A DNA stretch of 64,000 nucleotides from the NCBI RefSeq assembly GCF_048261845.1, contig NZ_JBLXFR010000008.1, forward strand, positions 17,150 through 81,149, written 5' to 3'. Position numbers and translations under genes: made by a program. This stretch comes from Stappia sp. (GTDB lineage Bacteria > Pseudomonadota > Alphaproteobacteria > Rhizobiales > Stappiaceae). Under the pieces are notes generated by a model, which did not search any database, was not told the origin of the DNA, and saw nothing but the letters and a program-made list of their open reading frames with translations. Shown one piece after another: positions 48,796-58,498 of this stretch; within the stretch, counting starts at the first letter, position 1; every line of letters begins with the position of its first letter.

Positions 48796-51231
48796 ATGAA
48801 ATCGCAGGCACGTGTGGTGGTGATCGGGGGCGGAGTGGTCGGATGCAGCGTGCTCTACCACCTGACCAAGCGGGGCTGGACCGACGTCCTGCTCATCGAG
48901 CGCTCCGAGCTCACATCCGGATCGACCTGGCACGCGGCGGGCGGATTCCACACGCTGAACGGCGATCCGAACGTCGCCAAACTGCAAGCCTACACCGTCT
49001 CGCTCTACAAGGAGATCGAGGAGATTTCCGGTCAACCGTGCGGCCTTCACCTGACGGGCGGCCTGCAGTTGGCGGACACCAGGGAGAGGCTGGACTGGCT
49101 TAAAATGGCGCATGCGCGCGGCCGTTACCTTGGCATGGAAACCGAGATCATTTCGGCGAAGGAAGCCAAGGAGCTCTTGCCGCTCATCGACGAGCGCCAT
49201 TTCGTCGGCGCGATGTGGGACCCGATCGAAGGCCACCTCGATCCGTCCGGCACCACCCATGCCTACGCAAAGGCCGCGAGAATGGCGGGCGCGGACATAT
49301 CGCTGCGCAACCGCGTCGTGGAACTGGCACAAAAGCCCGACGGCACATGGATCGTCGTCACCGAACAGGGAACGGTGGAGGCCGAGCACGTCGTCAATGC
49401 CGGCGGCCTGTGGGCCCGGGAGATCGGCCGCATGGTAGGCCTGGAACTGCCGGTTCTGGCGATGGAGCACCACTACCTCTTGACCGAGGACATGCCGGAG
49501 ATCGCCGAGATCAATGCATCGACCGGCAAGGAAATGGTGCATGCGATTGATTTTTCGGGTGAAATATACACGCGGCAGGAGCGCGGCGGCATGTTGCTCG
49601 GCACCTACGAGCGTGCGGCGACGCCCTGGAGCCCGCGCGAAACGCCCTGGGATTTCGGACAGGAACTGCTGGAGCCCGATCTGGAACGCATCGCGCCGTC
49701 GCTGGAAATCGGTTTCGAGCACTTCCCCGCGCTCAAGGGAGCCGGCATCAAGCAGTTCATCAACGGCCCCTTCACCTTCGCGCCCGACGGCAACCCGCTG
49801 GTCGGTCCGGTGCGCGGGCGGACCAATTTCTGGTGCGCCTGTGCGGTCATGGCCGGCTTCAGCCAGGGCGGCGGCGTCGGCCTGGCGCTCGCCAACTGGA
49901 TGGTCGACGGCGATCCCGGGTTCGACATCTGGGGGATGGATGTCTCGCGCTACGGGGACTGGGCGACGCTCGCCTACACCAACGCCAAGGTGCGCGAGAA
50001 CTACTCCCGCCGCTTTCGCATCCGGTATCCCAACGAGGAACTGCCCGCCGCCCGCCCGCACCAGACGACACCGCTTTACGACCGCATGCAGGCGCGCGGC
50101 GCCGTCATGGGCGACAGCTGGGCCCTGGAAACCCCGCTCTGGTTTGCACCCGACGGGAGCGAGGCGAAGGACATCGTATCCTTCCGTCGGTCCAACGACT
50201 TCGAGCACGTGAAGGCGGAATGCCGGGCGGTGCGTGAGGCTGTCGGCATCACCGAGATTGCCAATTTCGCGAAATACGAGATCACCGGTCAAGGCGCCGC
50301 CGCCTTTCTCGACCGGATGATGACCAACCGCATGCCGGCCGAAGGCCGCATGATCCTGACGCCGATGCTCAACGAGAACGGCAAGCTGATCGGCGATTTC
50401 ACCATCGCCAGGATGGCCAGCGACCGTTTCCTCATGTGGGGATCGAGCCAGGCGGAAGTCTATCACATGCGCTGGTTCGAGCGGCATATGCCGGTTGACG
50501 GCAGCGTCGTCATCCGCCCGATCAATCTCGGCTGGGTGGGCCTGTCGATCGCAGGTCCGAGGGCACGCGACCTTCTCGAACGCGTCACCGGCGACAATGT
50601 CTCGAACGCCGCATTCCCCTTCATGGCAAGCCGGGCGATGGTCGTTGCCAACGCACCCTGCCACGTCAGCCGCATCAGCTATACCGGCGACCTTGGTTAC
50701 GAGATCTGGATGGCGCCGCACTACGAGCGGCAGGTCTATGACGCGCTTCACGCCGCGGGCGGCGACCTGGGTCTGCGCGACTTCGGCATGCGCGCCCTCC
50801 TCTGCCTGCGGTTGGAGAAGAATTTCGGAACCTGGTTCCGGGAGTTCCGGCCGATCTACGGCCCCTACGAAGCCGATCTTGGCCGCTTCGTTTCCCTGAA
50901 GAAGGGCGACTTCATCGGACGGGACGCGGCGCTGAAGGAAAAGGAAAGCGGCGGAACCCTGCGCCGTGTCTCCTTTGTCGTGGAAGCAACCGATGCCGAC
51001 GTCATTGGCGACGAACCGATCTGGCACGACGGCAAGGTGGTCGGCTGGGTCACCTCGGGCGGCTATGGCCATTTCGTCGATGCCTCGCTGGCCCAGGGCT
51101 ACCTGCCGAAGGACCTCGCGACGATCACGGATGACGGGGCTTTCGAGATCGAGATCATCGGCGAGATGCGCAAGGCCCGGATCATCACCGAACCGCTTTT
51201 CGACCCCTCAGCCGAGCGGATGCGGATGTAG
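48796..51231 (+). CDS. GcvT-family FAD-dependent oxidoreductase (dimethylglycine/sarcosine dehydrogenase-like)
   Basis: IGGGVVG, TSGSTWHAAG, NGPFTFAPDG, RISYTGDLGYE, C-terminal folate-binding GcvT fold. ATG 48796. Confidence 0.9.
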   Translation: MKSQARVVVIGGGVVGCSVLYHLTKRGWTDVLLIERSELTSGSTWHAAGGFHTLNGDPNVAKLQAYTVSLYKEIEEISGQPCGLHLTGGLQLADTRERLDWLKMAHARGRYLGMETEIISAKEAKELLPLIDERHFVGAMWDPIEGHLDPSGTTHAYAKAARMAGADISLRNRVVELAQKPDGTWIVVTEQGTVEAEHVVNAGGLWAREIGRMVGLELPVLAMEHHYLLTEDMPEIAEINASTGKEMVHAIDFSGEIYTRQERGGMLLGTYERAATPWSPRETPWDFGQELLEPDLERIAPSLEIGFEHFPALKGAGIKQFINGPFTFAPDGNPLVGPVRGRTNFWCACAVMAGFSQGGGVGLALANWMVDGDPGFDIWGMDVSRYGDWATLAYTNAKVRENYSRRFRIRYPNEELPAARPHQTTPLYDRMQARGAVMGDSWALETPLWFAPDGSEAKDIVSFRRSNDFEHVKAECRAVREAVGITEIANFAKYEITGQGAAAFLDRMMTNRMPAEGRMILTPMLNENGKLIGDFTIARMASDRFLMWGSSQAEVYHMRWFERHMPVDGSVVIRPINLGWVGLSIAGPRARDLLERVTGDNVSNAAFPFMASRAMVVANAPCHVSRISYTGDLGYEIWMAPHYERQVYDALHAAGGDLGLRDFGMRALLCLRLEKNFGTWFREFRPIYGPYEADLGRFVSLKKGDFIGRDAALKEKESGGTLRRVSFVVEATDADVIGDEPIWHDGKVVGWVTSGGYGHFVDASLAQGYLPKDLATITDDGAFEIEIIGEMRKARIITEPLFDPSAERMRM

Positions 51232-51288
51232 GACCTGCACTCGCGCATCGCTTGAAGAAACCACCTCAACAAGCTGAAGTGATTCAGT

Positions 51289-52182
51289 TCATACCGGGTT
51301 GATCTCCCGGAAGCAGGCAACAACATGGCTTGCGAAAGCGGCCGTCGCCTTGCCGGCGTTCCCCGCCTCCTTGAGGATCAGGTGATAGTCGCCGATTTCC
51401 GGAAGCCCGTGCCTGTCGTCGAGCTTCTGCAGCGGCGGCGTGATGACGCTCGTCGGAAACGGCGCGATGGCGAGATCCGCGAGCAGCGCCGCTTCCTGCC
51501 CCGCGCTGTGAAAGCTCTGATAGGCAATCCGATAGGGGTGGTCGGCCTTGTCGAGCGCGATCCGCGCCGCCTTCCGCCACGGACAGCCCGATACCGACAG
51601 CGCCAGGGGCAACGGATCCCGGCTATGGGCGACCCCGCCTTCGAGCCCCGCCCAGGCAAGCGGTTCCGTGTAGACGATCTCCCCGCCCCGGGCGAGGTCG
51701 CTGTCCGGCCGTGCAGTATAGAGGATCAGGTCCAGTTGGCTCTCCTTGAGCTTCTGCAGAAGCGGCGGGCTGCCGTCGAGATGCACGTCGACATTGACGC
51801 CGGGATGGGACCGCGCAAACCGCGTCAGGATATTGGGCAGGAAACGGGTGCCGAAATCGGACGGCGCCCCGAAACGGACCTCGCCCTCGATTTCCGGGGA
51901 ACGGAACATCGTCACGGCTTCCTCATTGAGAAGCAGGATGCGCCGGGCATATCCGAGCAGCGCCTCGCCCTCTGCCGTCATGCGTATGCTGCGACCCTCT
52001 CTTGCAAAAACGGCAACGCCAAGCAGTTGCTCCAGCTTCTTGATCTGCATCGACACGGCAGAGGGCGTTCGGCCGATAATTTCCGAAGTTTTTGAAAAAC
52101 TTCCAGTTTCGGCGATCAGAAGGAACGTCCGATAGAGATCCGTCTCGATCAGAGGCGTCCCTTTTCCCGGCACCAGGTCCAT
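51289..52182 (-). CDS. LysR-family regulator (LrhA/HexA-like)
   Basis: DLYRTFLLIAETGSFS..RTPSAVSMQIKKLE; RFARSHPGV. Confidence 0.92.
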   Translation of the reverse strand: MDLVPGKGTPLIETDLYRTFLLIAETGSFSKTSEIIGRTPSAVSMQIKKLEQLLGVAVFAREGRSIRMTAEGEALLGYARRILLLNEEAVTMFRSPEIEGEVRFGAPSDFGTRFLPNILTRFARSHPGVNVDVHLDGSPPLLQKLKESQLDLILYTARPDSDLARGGEIVYTEPLAWAGLEGGVAHSRDPLPLALSVSGCPWRKAARIALDKADHPYRIAYQSFHSAGQEAALLADLAIAPFPTSVITPPLQKLDDRHGLPEIGDYHLILKEAGNAGKATAAFASHVVACFREINPV

Positions 52183-52205
52183 GTCAGTCCTCGCAAATCC
52201 TGAGT

Positions 52206-52218
52206 TCAATGTAATTGA
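52206..52218. promoter_or_regulatory. LysR T-N11-A box
   Basis: TCAAT-GTA-ATTGA dyad in the AT-rich divergent intergenic region. Confidence 0.55.
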
Positions 52219-52322
52219 TGATATATATTAGTTCTTTTTGTTTGTCTGAAGTGACGAATGCGACCATATCCCGCAATAGAACGGCGGCAGTCACTCCGCA
52301 CCCTCGGGTGCCGCCGGATCTC

Positions 52323-52351
52323 GCAACACGAGCACTTTGCAACACGAGCAC
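52323..52351 (+). repeat. 13-bp direct repeat in the leader of the small ORF
   Basis: GCAACACGAGCAC x2, separated by TTT. Confidence 0.8.
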
Positions 52352-52363
52352 ATGGAGAGCGAC

Positions 52364-52567
52364 ATGTCCTACCTGACCCGGGTCCTCGGCAACACTTTTG
52401 GCGTCGCGACGCGCGTTCATGCGCTTCATGTTGCCGACACCGACAAGCGCACCCTTTCCGATCTCGGTTTTGCCGATGAAGCTGCCAAGCGCGCGCGCTT
52501 CCAGGCATTCCGTTTCGGCGAGCCCGGTGCATCGAACGCCGCCCGCCTCGGCGTCAACGGCCGCTGA
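52364..52567 (+). CDS. Small protein, DUF1127/YjiS-like
   Basis: 67 aa, GGAG RBS; TDKRTLSDLG resembles the DUF1127 L-D-R-L-DIG motif; divergent from an LrhA-like LysR; followed by a terminator. Confidence 0.5.
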   Translation: MSYLTRVLGNTFGVATRVHALHVADTDKRTLSDLGFADEAAKRARFQAFRFGEPGASNAARLGVNGR

Positions 52568-52610
52568 GCCGCATCCCCGCGGGCGCAGCAAGGCAATTCC
52601 AGTCAAAAGA

Positions 52611-52640
52611 AAAACCGCCGGAGGCCACTCCGGCGGTTTT
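52611..52640. terminator. Bidirectional terminator between the small ORF and xylA
   Basis: AAAACCGCCGGAG-GCCA-CTCCGGCGGTTTT. Confidence 0.8.
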
Positions 52641-52678
52641 GTCGTTCCTGGAAGAGGGTCGTGCGTGGCGCTCGCCCG

Positions 52679-53986
52679 TCAGAACCTGCGATTGAGCAGG
52701 TTCTCCAGATATTCCTGGCGTCCCGAGACCGGGCGCGGGTCGATGCCTTCTTTGTCAACGCGCGCGGCGATATCCTCGAGCGTGCGTTCCCCCGCCAGCA
52801 TCGCGCGCGCCTCCGCCCCCTGCCAGCCGGCATAGCGCTCGGCGAGCGCCGATGAAAGGTCGCCCTTCTCGATCATGTCGGCGGCGGCCAGAAGCCCGCG
52901 TGCGCAGGTGTCCATGCCGCCCACATGCGCGTGGATGAGGTCGGCCGCGTCGAGCGACTGACGGCGCAGCTTGGCATCGAAATTCAGGCCGCCGGTGGTG
53001 AAGCCGCCGCCTTGCAGGATGTAGTAGAGCGCCAGCGCCACTTCCGGGACATTCATCGGAAACTGATCCGTGTCCCAACCGGACTGGTAATCGTTCCGGT
53101 TGATGTCGATGGACCCGAAAATGCCGAGAGCCGAGGCAAGAGCCACCTCGTGTTCGAAGGAATGTCCGGCGAGCACCGCGTGACCGACCTCGATATTGAC
53201 CTTCACCTCCTTTTCCAGCCCGTAGGCCTGGAGGAAGCCGTAGACGGTCGCCACATCGAAATCATACTGGTGCTTGGTCGGTTCCTGCGGTTTCGGCTCG
53301 ATCAGGATCGCTCCGGGAAATCCGATTTTGTGCTTGTACTCGACCACCATCGACAGGAAGCGGCCAAGCTGGTCCAGTTCATGGCGAAGATCGGTGTTGA
53401 GCAGCGTCTCGTAGCCCTCGCGCCCCCCCCACAACACGTAGTTCTGGCCGCCCAGCTCATGCGTCACGTCCATGCAGGCCTTCACCTGGCCGGCCGCATA
53501 GGCAAAGACGTCCGGATCGGGATTGGTGGCCGCGCCTGCCATGTAGCGGCGATGCGAGAAGAGGTTTGCGGTGCCCCAGAGCAGCTTCGTCTTCGACGTC
53601 TCCATCTTGCGGGCGAAGACTTCGGCAATGTCGCGCAGGTTGCGATTGCTCTCGGCAAGCGTCGCGCCTTCCGGCGAGGCGTCCCGGTCGTGGAAACAGA
53701 AGAACGGAGCCCCGAGAATATCGAACATCTCGAAGGCGACGTCGGCCTTCGCCCGGGCTGCCTCCATGCTGTCGCCGAACCAGGGGCGCTCGAAGGTGGC
53801 GCCGCCGAAGGGATCGCCACCCGGCCAGCAGAACGAGTGCCAGTAGGCGACCGCGAAACGCAAATGGTCTTCCATGCGCTTGCCAAGAACCAGCCGGTCG
53901 GCATCGTACCAGCGATAGGCAAACGGATTTTCACTCTCCGGCCCCTCATAGCGGATGGCCGGAACGCCCTCGAAAAACGCAGTCAT
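52679..53986 (-). CDS. xylA: Xylose isomerase
   Basis: [52 protein letters not shown]. Confidence 0.97.
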   Translation of the reverse strand: MTAFFEGVPAIRYEGPESENPFAYRWYDADRLVLGKRMEDHLRFAVAYWHSFCWPGGDPFGGATFERPWFGDSMEAARAKADVAFEMFDILGAPFFCFHDRDASPEGATLAESNRNLRDIAEVFARKMETSKTKLLWGTANLFSHRRYMAGAATNPDPDVFAYAAGQVKACMDVTHELGGQNYVLWGGREGYETLLNTDLRHELDQLGRFLSMVVEYKHKIGFPGAILIEPKPQEPTKHQYDFDVATVYGFLQAYGLEKEVKVNIEVGHAVLAGHSFEHEVALASALGIFGSIDINRNDYQSGWDTDQFPMNVPEVALALYYILQGGGFTTGGLNFDAKLRRQSLDAADLIHAHVGGMDTCARGLLAAADMIEKGDLSSALAERYAGWQGAEARAMLAGERTLEDIAARVDKEGIDPRPVSGRQEYLENLLNRRF

Positions 53987-55446
53987 CGCAGAACCTCTTT
54001 CAATGCCGGATAAAGTGCGCGGTAACGACCGAGCCCCTCCCGGTAGGAAGACGAGAGCCCGGCATCGGGCTCCACCGTGAAATCCGTTTTCGGCGACGGG
54101 AAGAGCGCCGCATCATGCCGGCCGGCGGCGGCCGCATGTCCCAGCCGGGCCGCACCAAAGGCTGCTCCGAAATCCCCGTGTTCGGGGACATCGATCGGGA
54201 TGCCGAGAACCGCAGCCAGCATCGTCAGCCAGCATTTCGAACGCGCACCGCCGCCTATGGCCGTCGCCCGGGCAACGCTCGATCCTGCCGCCGAAAGCAC
54301 ATCGAGGCTGTCCCTGAAGGCAAAGGCAACGCCCTCCAGCACCGCAAGCGCGAGATCGGCCCTGTCGTTCGCGTGAGAGAGGCCGACGAAGGATCCGCGC
54401 GCACCCGCATCGTTGTGCGGCGTTCGCTCGCCGGAAAGATAGGGCAGGAAAATCACCTCGGACGGCCCGCGGCGCGCCTCGAAACGCCCGGCCGCCTCCG
54501 CCTCCAGCGTCGCCACATCGCAGCCGGACACCCGCGCCAGCCAGTTGAGACTGTCGGTCGCCGACAGGATCACCCCCATCTGGTGCCAGGTGTCTGGCAG
54601 CGCGTGACAGAAGGCATGCACGGCACCTTCCGTGTTCGGCCGGAACCGGTCGGTCGCGACGAACAGGACACCGGAAGTGCCAAGTGAGAGAAACGCCTCA
54701 CCGGGACGAACCGCACCGATACCGCACGCGCTTGCCGCATTGTCGCCGGCCCCGCCGGCAACCACTGGCGGCGCGGCAAAACCCCATCGCCCCGCAAGCT
54801 CGGCCCTCACCCGGCCTGTTGCCTCGGATCCTTCGGCAAGGCGCGGCATGTGGCTGCGGTCAAGGCCGGTCGCGGTCAGAAGCGCATCCGACCAGTCACG
54901 CCGCGCCACATCGAGCCAGAGCGTGCCGGCCGCATCCGACATGTCGGACACCGCCTCGCCCGTCAGACGCAGGCGGACATAGTCCTTGGGCAGCAGCACG
55001 AGGCGCGTCTTCCCGAAGACCTCCGCTTCGTGCCGCGCCACCCATTCAAGCTTCGGTGCGGTGAAACCGGGCATGACAAGATTGCCGCCGATGCCGCGAA
55101 AATCGGCGCGCGCATCGAGGATCGCGCATTCCGCCGCCGAGCGACCGTCATTCCACAGGATGGCCGGGCGCAGCACCCGATGCGCCTCGTCCAGAAGGGT
55201 GGCGCCGTGCATCTGGCCGGACAGGCCAATGCCCGCGACCCGCGCCATCGCCGACGCATGGGTCCGCGCGAGTTCATCCAGCGTGTCCGTGACGGCCCGC
55301 CACCAGCCTTCCGGATCCTGTTCCGACCAGCCGGGTTGCGGACGCTCGACCGTCAGGGCGCTGGACGCCGAGCCCAGGACGGCGCCTGCGTCATCCATGA
55401 GCACGGTCTTGACGCCCGATGTTCCGATATCGATCCCGAGATACAC
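53983..55446 (-). CDS. xylB: Xylulokinase
   Basis: [47 protein letters not shown] start with GGAGG RBS. Confidence 0.96.
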   Translation of the reverse strand: MYLGIDIGTSGVKTVLMDDAGAVLGSASSALTVERPQPGWSEQDPEGWWRAVTDTLDELARTHASAMARVAGIGLSGQMHGATLLDEAHRVLRPAILWNDGRSAAECAILDARADFRGIGGNLVMPGFTAPKLEWVARHEAEVFGKTRLVLLPKDYVRLRLTGEAVSDMSDAAGTLWLDVARRDWSDALLTATGLDRSHMPRLAEGSEATGRVRAELAGRWGFAAPPVVAGGAGDNAASACGIGAVRPGEAFLSLGTSGVLFVATDRFRPNTEGAVHAFCHALPDTWHQMGVILSATDSLNWLARVSGCDVATLEAEAAGRFEARRGPSEVIFLPYLSGERTPHNDAGARGSFVGLSHANDRADLALAVLEGVAFAFRDSLDVLSAAGSSVARATAIGGGARSKCWLTMLAAVLGIPIDVPEHGDFGAAFGAARLGHAAAAGRHDAALFPSPKTDFTVEPDAGLSSSYREGLGRYRALYPALKEVLR

Positions 55447-55539
55447 GTTCCCTCCCGACGCATTATCACGCGTGCCGCGTGTTTTTTTTCGAAACCAAAA
55501 TATACCATGGCACGAGGAAATAAAGGGCGGGAATCGCAA

Positions 55540-55577
55540 ATGCCGGTGGCGACACCAAAGGGTGCCGCCACCGGCAT
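55540..55577 (-). terminator. Hairpin/terminator after the membrane-protein gene
   Basis: ATGCCGGTGGCGACACC-AAAG-GGTGCCGCCACCGGCAT, a 17-bp stem whose mismatch is a G.U pair on the minus strand. Confidence 0.6.
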
Positions 55578-55611
55578 TGGATTGCGGCTTTGCAATACGG
55601 GCAGTGCGGGT

Positions 55612-56016
55612 TCAGGCGGCCATCGCCGCGTGCCGCCCGGCGAAGGCCTTCTGCTCGAGGATTGCAAGAATTGCGACAGCCCCCGCCTGGACGACCAGAA
55701 CGGCGAGGCCGAGCGCGGTGGGAGCGACAAGGCCGAGAACCGGCAGTGCGATGCTTGCCGCCACCCAGAGCCAGTTGCCAGCAACGACGATCACGGCTCC
55801 GGGGCCGGATGTGCGCGCCGGAAGGGCGACCAGACCCATGAAGGCTGCAATGGGCAGCAGCAGGAGACCGGCATAGAAGAGCAGATCAGCCGGGAGCCCC
55901 AGCGGCCCGGCCAGAGGACCGCCGGCGACCAACAGCAACGTCCCCATTGCGGCACAGGTGAGCGCGTCGACAACAAGGAGATTGCGAAGCGAAAGACGGG
56001 CGATGATGTCGAACAT
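55612..56016 (-). CDS. Hypothetical 4-TM membrane protein
   Basis: 134 aa hydrophobic ORF (LLVVDALTC, GNWLWVAAS), AAGGA RBS, divergent from an XRE regulator. Confidence 0.75.
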   Translation of the reverse strand: MFDIIARLSLRNLLVVDALTCAAMGTLLLVAGGPLAGPLGLPADLLFYAGLLLLPIAAFMGLVALPARTSGPGAVIVVAGNWLWVAASIALPVLGLVAPTALGLAVLVVQAGAVAILAILEQKAFAGRHAAMAA

Positions 56017-56081
56017 GTCTGGTTCCTTCCGTTGGCTCGATGCGGCGATCGCCGCTCGATGGCCGGAAGGAAAGCACCACG

Positions 56082-56112
56082 AGGTCATCAGGTCGATTAC
56101 CTCAAAGGTCAT
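56082..56112. promoter_or_regulatory. Putative XRE operator
   Basis: ATTACCT-CAA-AGGTCAT pseudo-palindrome (56096-56112) plus an extra AGGTCAT half-site (56082-56088). Confidence 0.5.
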
Positions 56113-56146
56113 TGAATCACGTGTGCGGGACCGCCAAAATCGTTTC

Positions 56147-56959
56147 ATGAACACAGCAAGCACCTTCCCCACCCAGCTACGCAGCTGGCGCAACCGCCGC
56201 CGGCTCAGCCAGCTCGCCCTTGCCGGCGATGCCGGACTGTCGCAGCGCCATCTCAGCTTTCTGGAATCGGGCAAGGCCCGGCCCAGCCGGGACATGGTGG
56301 AACGCCTTGCCGCGCACCTCGCCATGCCGCCGCGCGAGACCAGCGCGCTCCTGGTTGCCGCCGGTTTTGCGCCCATGCCCGAGACGCGGGCCATCGATCA
56401 TCCCGAGATGGAGGCAGCCCTTGGCGTCGTCGGGATGATCCTCGACGGTCATGCGCCCCATCCCTCGCTTGCCGTGGATCGTCATTGGAACCTGCTGCGT
56501 GCCAACGCGGCTGCCCGGTTCCTTCTGGCCGGCGTCGCGCCGGCGCTTCTCGCCGAGCCGGTCAATGTGCTGCGTGTGAGCCTGCATCCGGAGGGGCTTG
56601 CCCCGCGCATCCTCAATTTCCGGCAATGGCGCTCCCACATCCTGCATCGCGTGTCGGCACAGGTGGAAACAAGTGGCGACACGCAGCTTGCAGCCCTTCA
56701 TGACGAGATCGCGGGCTACCCGACACCGCCCGGGGCCAGCCCCTACCGCCCCTTCGGCCAGGACCGGCATGCAGGCATCGCCATCCCGCTGCAACTGGCA
56801 AGCGATGCCGGAACACTGTCCTTCCTGAGCACCACGACGGTGTTTGGCACGGCAGTCGACATCCTGCTTTCTGAACTCGTCATCGAAAGCTTCTTTCCCG
56901 CCGATGCCGAAACGGCGGCCGTCATGACCCGGATCGCGGCGCAGACCGGCACGGGCTGA
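56147..56959 (+). CDS. XRE-family regulator with MmyB-like ligand-binding domain
   Basis: LSQLALA..LSQRHLSFLESG HTH; HAPHPSLAVDRHWN, FLSTTTVFGT..ELVIESFFPAD. Confidence 0.88.
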   Translation: MNTASTFPTQLRSWRNRRRLSQLALAGDAGLSQRHLSFLESGKARPSRDMVERLAAHLAMPPRETSALLVAAGFAPMPETRAIDHPEMEAALGVVGMILDGHAPHPSLAVDRHWNLLRANAAARFLLAGVAPALLAEPVNVLRVSLHPEGLAPRILNFRQWRSHILHRVSAQVETSGDTQLAALHDEIAGYPTPPGASPYRPFGQDRHAGIAIPLQLASDAGTLSFLSTTTVFGTAVDILLSELVIESFFPADAETAAVMTRIAAQTGTG

Positions 56960-56971
56960 CCAGGGGCACGG

Positions 56972-57409
56972 TCAGTCGTCGGCCGACGAGCGCAGGCGCT
57001 TGACCGCGGATCTCTGCTTCTTGGAGGCGAGCCGTCGCTCCTTCGACCCGCGCGTCGGCCGTGTCGCCTTGCGAGGCTTGGGACGCTCCAGCGCCTTGCG
57101 TACCAGTGCCGCAAGCCGCTCCAGCGCATCCTGGCGGTTGCGCTCCTGGGTGCGGAAGCGGTCGGCCTGGATCAGGATCTCGCCCGCCAGTGTCAACCGG
57201 CTGCCAGCCAGTCGCGCGAGCCGCTGCTTGACGTCCTCCGGCAGCGTGCGGTTGGCATGAAGCTGGAACCGCAGTTGCACGGCTGTCGCGACCTTGTTGA
57301 CATTCTGCCCGCCCGGCCCGGAGGCGCGCACGAAGCTTTCCGACAGATCCTCCGCCGGAATCACGATGCCCTGTCCGATCTCCAGAGGTGCGCTCCTGCC
57401 CTCCGCCAT
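56972..57409 (-). CDS. arfB: Alternative ribosome-rescue peptidyl-tRNA hydrolase ArfB
   Basis: RASGPGGQNVNKVATAVQLRF (GGQ), basic tail KATRPTRGSKERRLASKK. Confidence 0.96.
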   Translation of the reverse strand: MAEGRSAPLEIGQGIVIPAEDLSESFVRASGPGGQNVNKVATAVQLRFQLHANRTLPEDVKQRLARLAGSRLTLAGEILIQADRFRTQERNRQDALERLAALVRKALERPKPRKATRPTRGSKERRLASKKQRSAVKRLRSSADD

Positions 57410-57588
57410 GCCCGCTGTCCTTCATGCCTGAGGCCGGGCCAATGATCCCTGCCCGCCTCCCTGTGTGCTAGTCGATATCGCGGAAGGGTTCAACTTGCGG
57501 CCCGGTGGCGGGCTTGGAGCCGGTCCGCGCCAATGCTATGTCGGACGGCATTCCCTGAAACACCCGCCCCCCCGCAAAGGTATCGCAC

Positions 57589-58434
57589 GTGAAACCAGAT
57601 CGCAGGATCGACCGCCTCATAGAGATCATGGCCGCGCTACGCACGCCCGGAACCGGGTGCCCCTGGGACCTGGAGCAGAATTTCGCTACGATCGCCCCCT
57701 ACACGATCGAAGAAGCCTATGAGGTTGCCGACGCCATTCATCGCGGCGACATGGTCAACCTGCGCGAGGAGCTCGGCGATCTCCTGCTTCAGGTGGTCTA
57801 CCACGCGCAGCTCGCCGAGGAGGCCGAAGCCTTCTCCTTTCCGGACGTTGTCGAGGGCATCACCACCAAGATGATCCGCCGCCATCCGCACGTCTTCGGC
57901 GACGAGGCGGCCCGCTCCGCCGGCATGGCCAAGGGCATGTGGGAACGCATCAAGCAGGAAGAAAAGCGCGAGCGCGCGGCTGCGCACGAAGCAGCCGGAA
58001 CTTCGGCACGCAAGCCCCGCTTCCTTGACGACGTCCCGGCCATCTTCCCGGCTCTCGTCGAGGCGGAAAAACTGCAGCGCCGTGCGGCTCGTGTCGGTTT
58101 CGACTGGGGCAGCGCCGGACCGGTCATCGACAAGATCCGCGAGGAGACGGAGGAGCTTTCCGCGGAGATCGAAGACGAGGGCAACCTGCCCGACGACCGC
58201 CGGGACCGCATTGCCGGAGAGATCGGCGACCTGATCTTCGCCATCGCCAATCTCGCCCGACATCTCGACATCGATCCGGAAGAAGCGCTCAAGCGCACCA
58301 ACCGGAAGTTCCGTCACCGCTTCGCCGCGATAGAGGATGCGGCCGAAGCCTCCGGCCGTACTCTCGACGATCTCACACTCGACGAAATGGAAGCAGTCTG
58401 GCAGGCGGCGAAGAAGCAGCCGTCAGGGAGCTGA
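57589..58434 (+). CDS. mazG: Nucleoside triphosphate pyrophosphohydrolase MazG
   Basis: GCPWDLEQ, EEAYEV, EELGDLLLQ, KMIRRHPHVF, EIGDLIFA. Confidence 0.96.
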   Translation: MKPDRRIDRLIEIMAALRTPGTGCPWDLEQNFATIAPYTIEEAYEVADAIHRGDMVNLREELGDLLLQVVYHAQLAEEAEAFSFPDVVEGITTKMIRRHPHVFGDEAARSAGMAKGMWERIKQEEKRERAAAHEAAGTSARKPRFLDDVPAIFPALVEAEKLQRRAARVGFDWGSAGPVIDKIREETEELSAEIEDEGNLPDDRRDRIAGEIGDLIFAIANLARHLDIDPEEALKRTNRKFRHRFAAIEDAAEASGRTLDDLTLDEMEAVWQAAKKQPSGS

Positions 58435-58498
58435 TCTGCCGCGACCGCCGCCGGGACCACCCTCGTCTGCAGTCGCCGCTGGCGCGGCAGGCCCGGGA

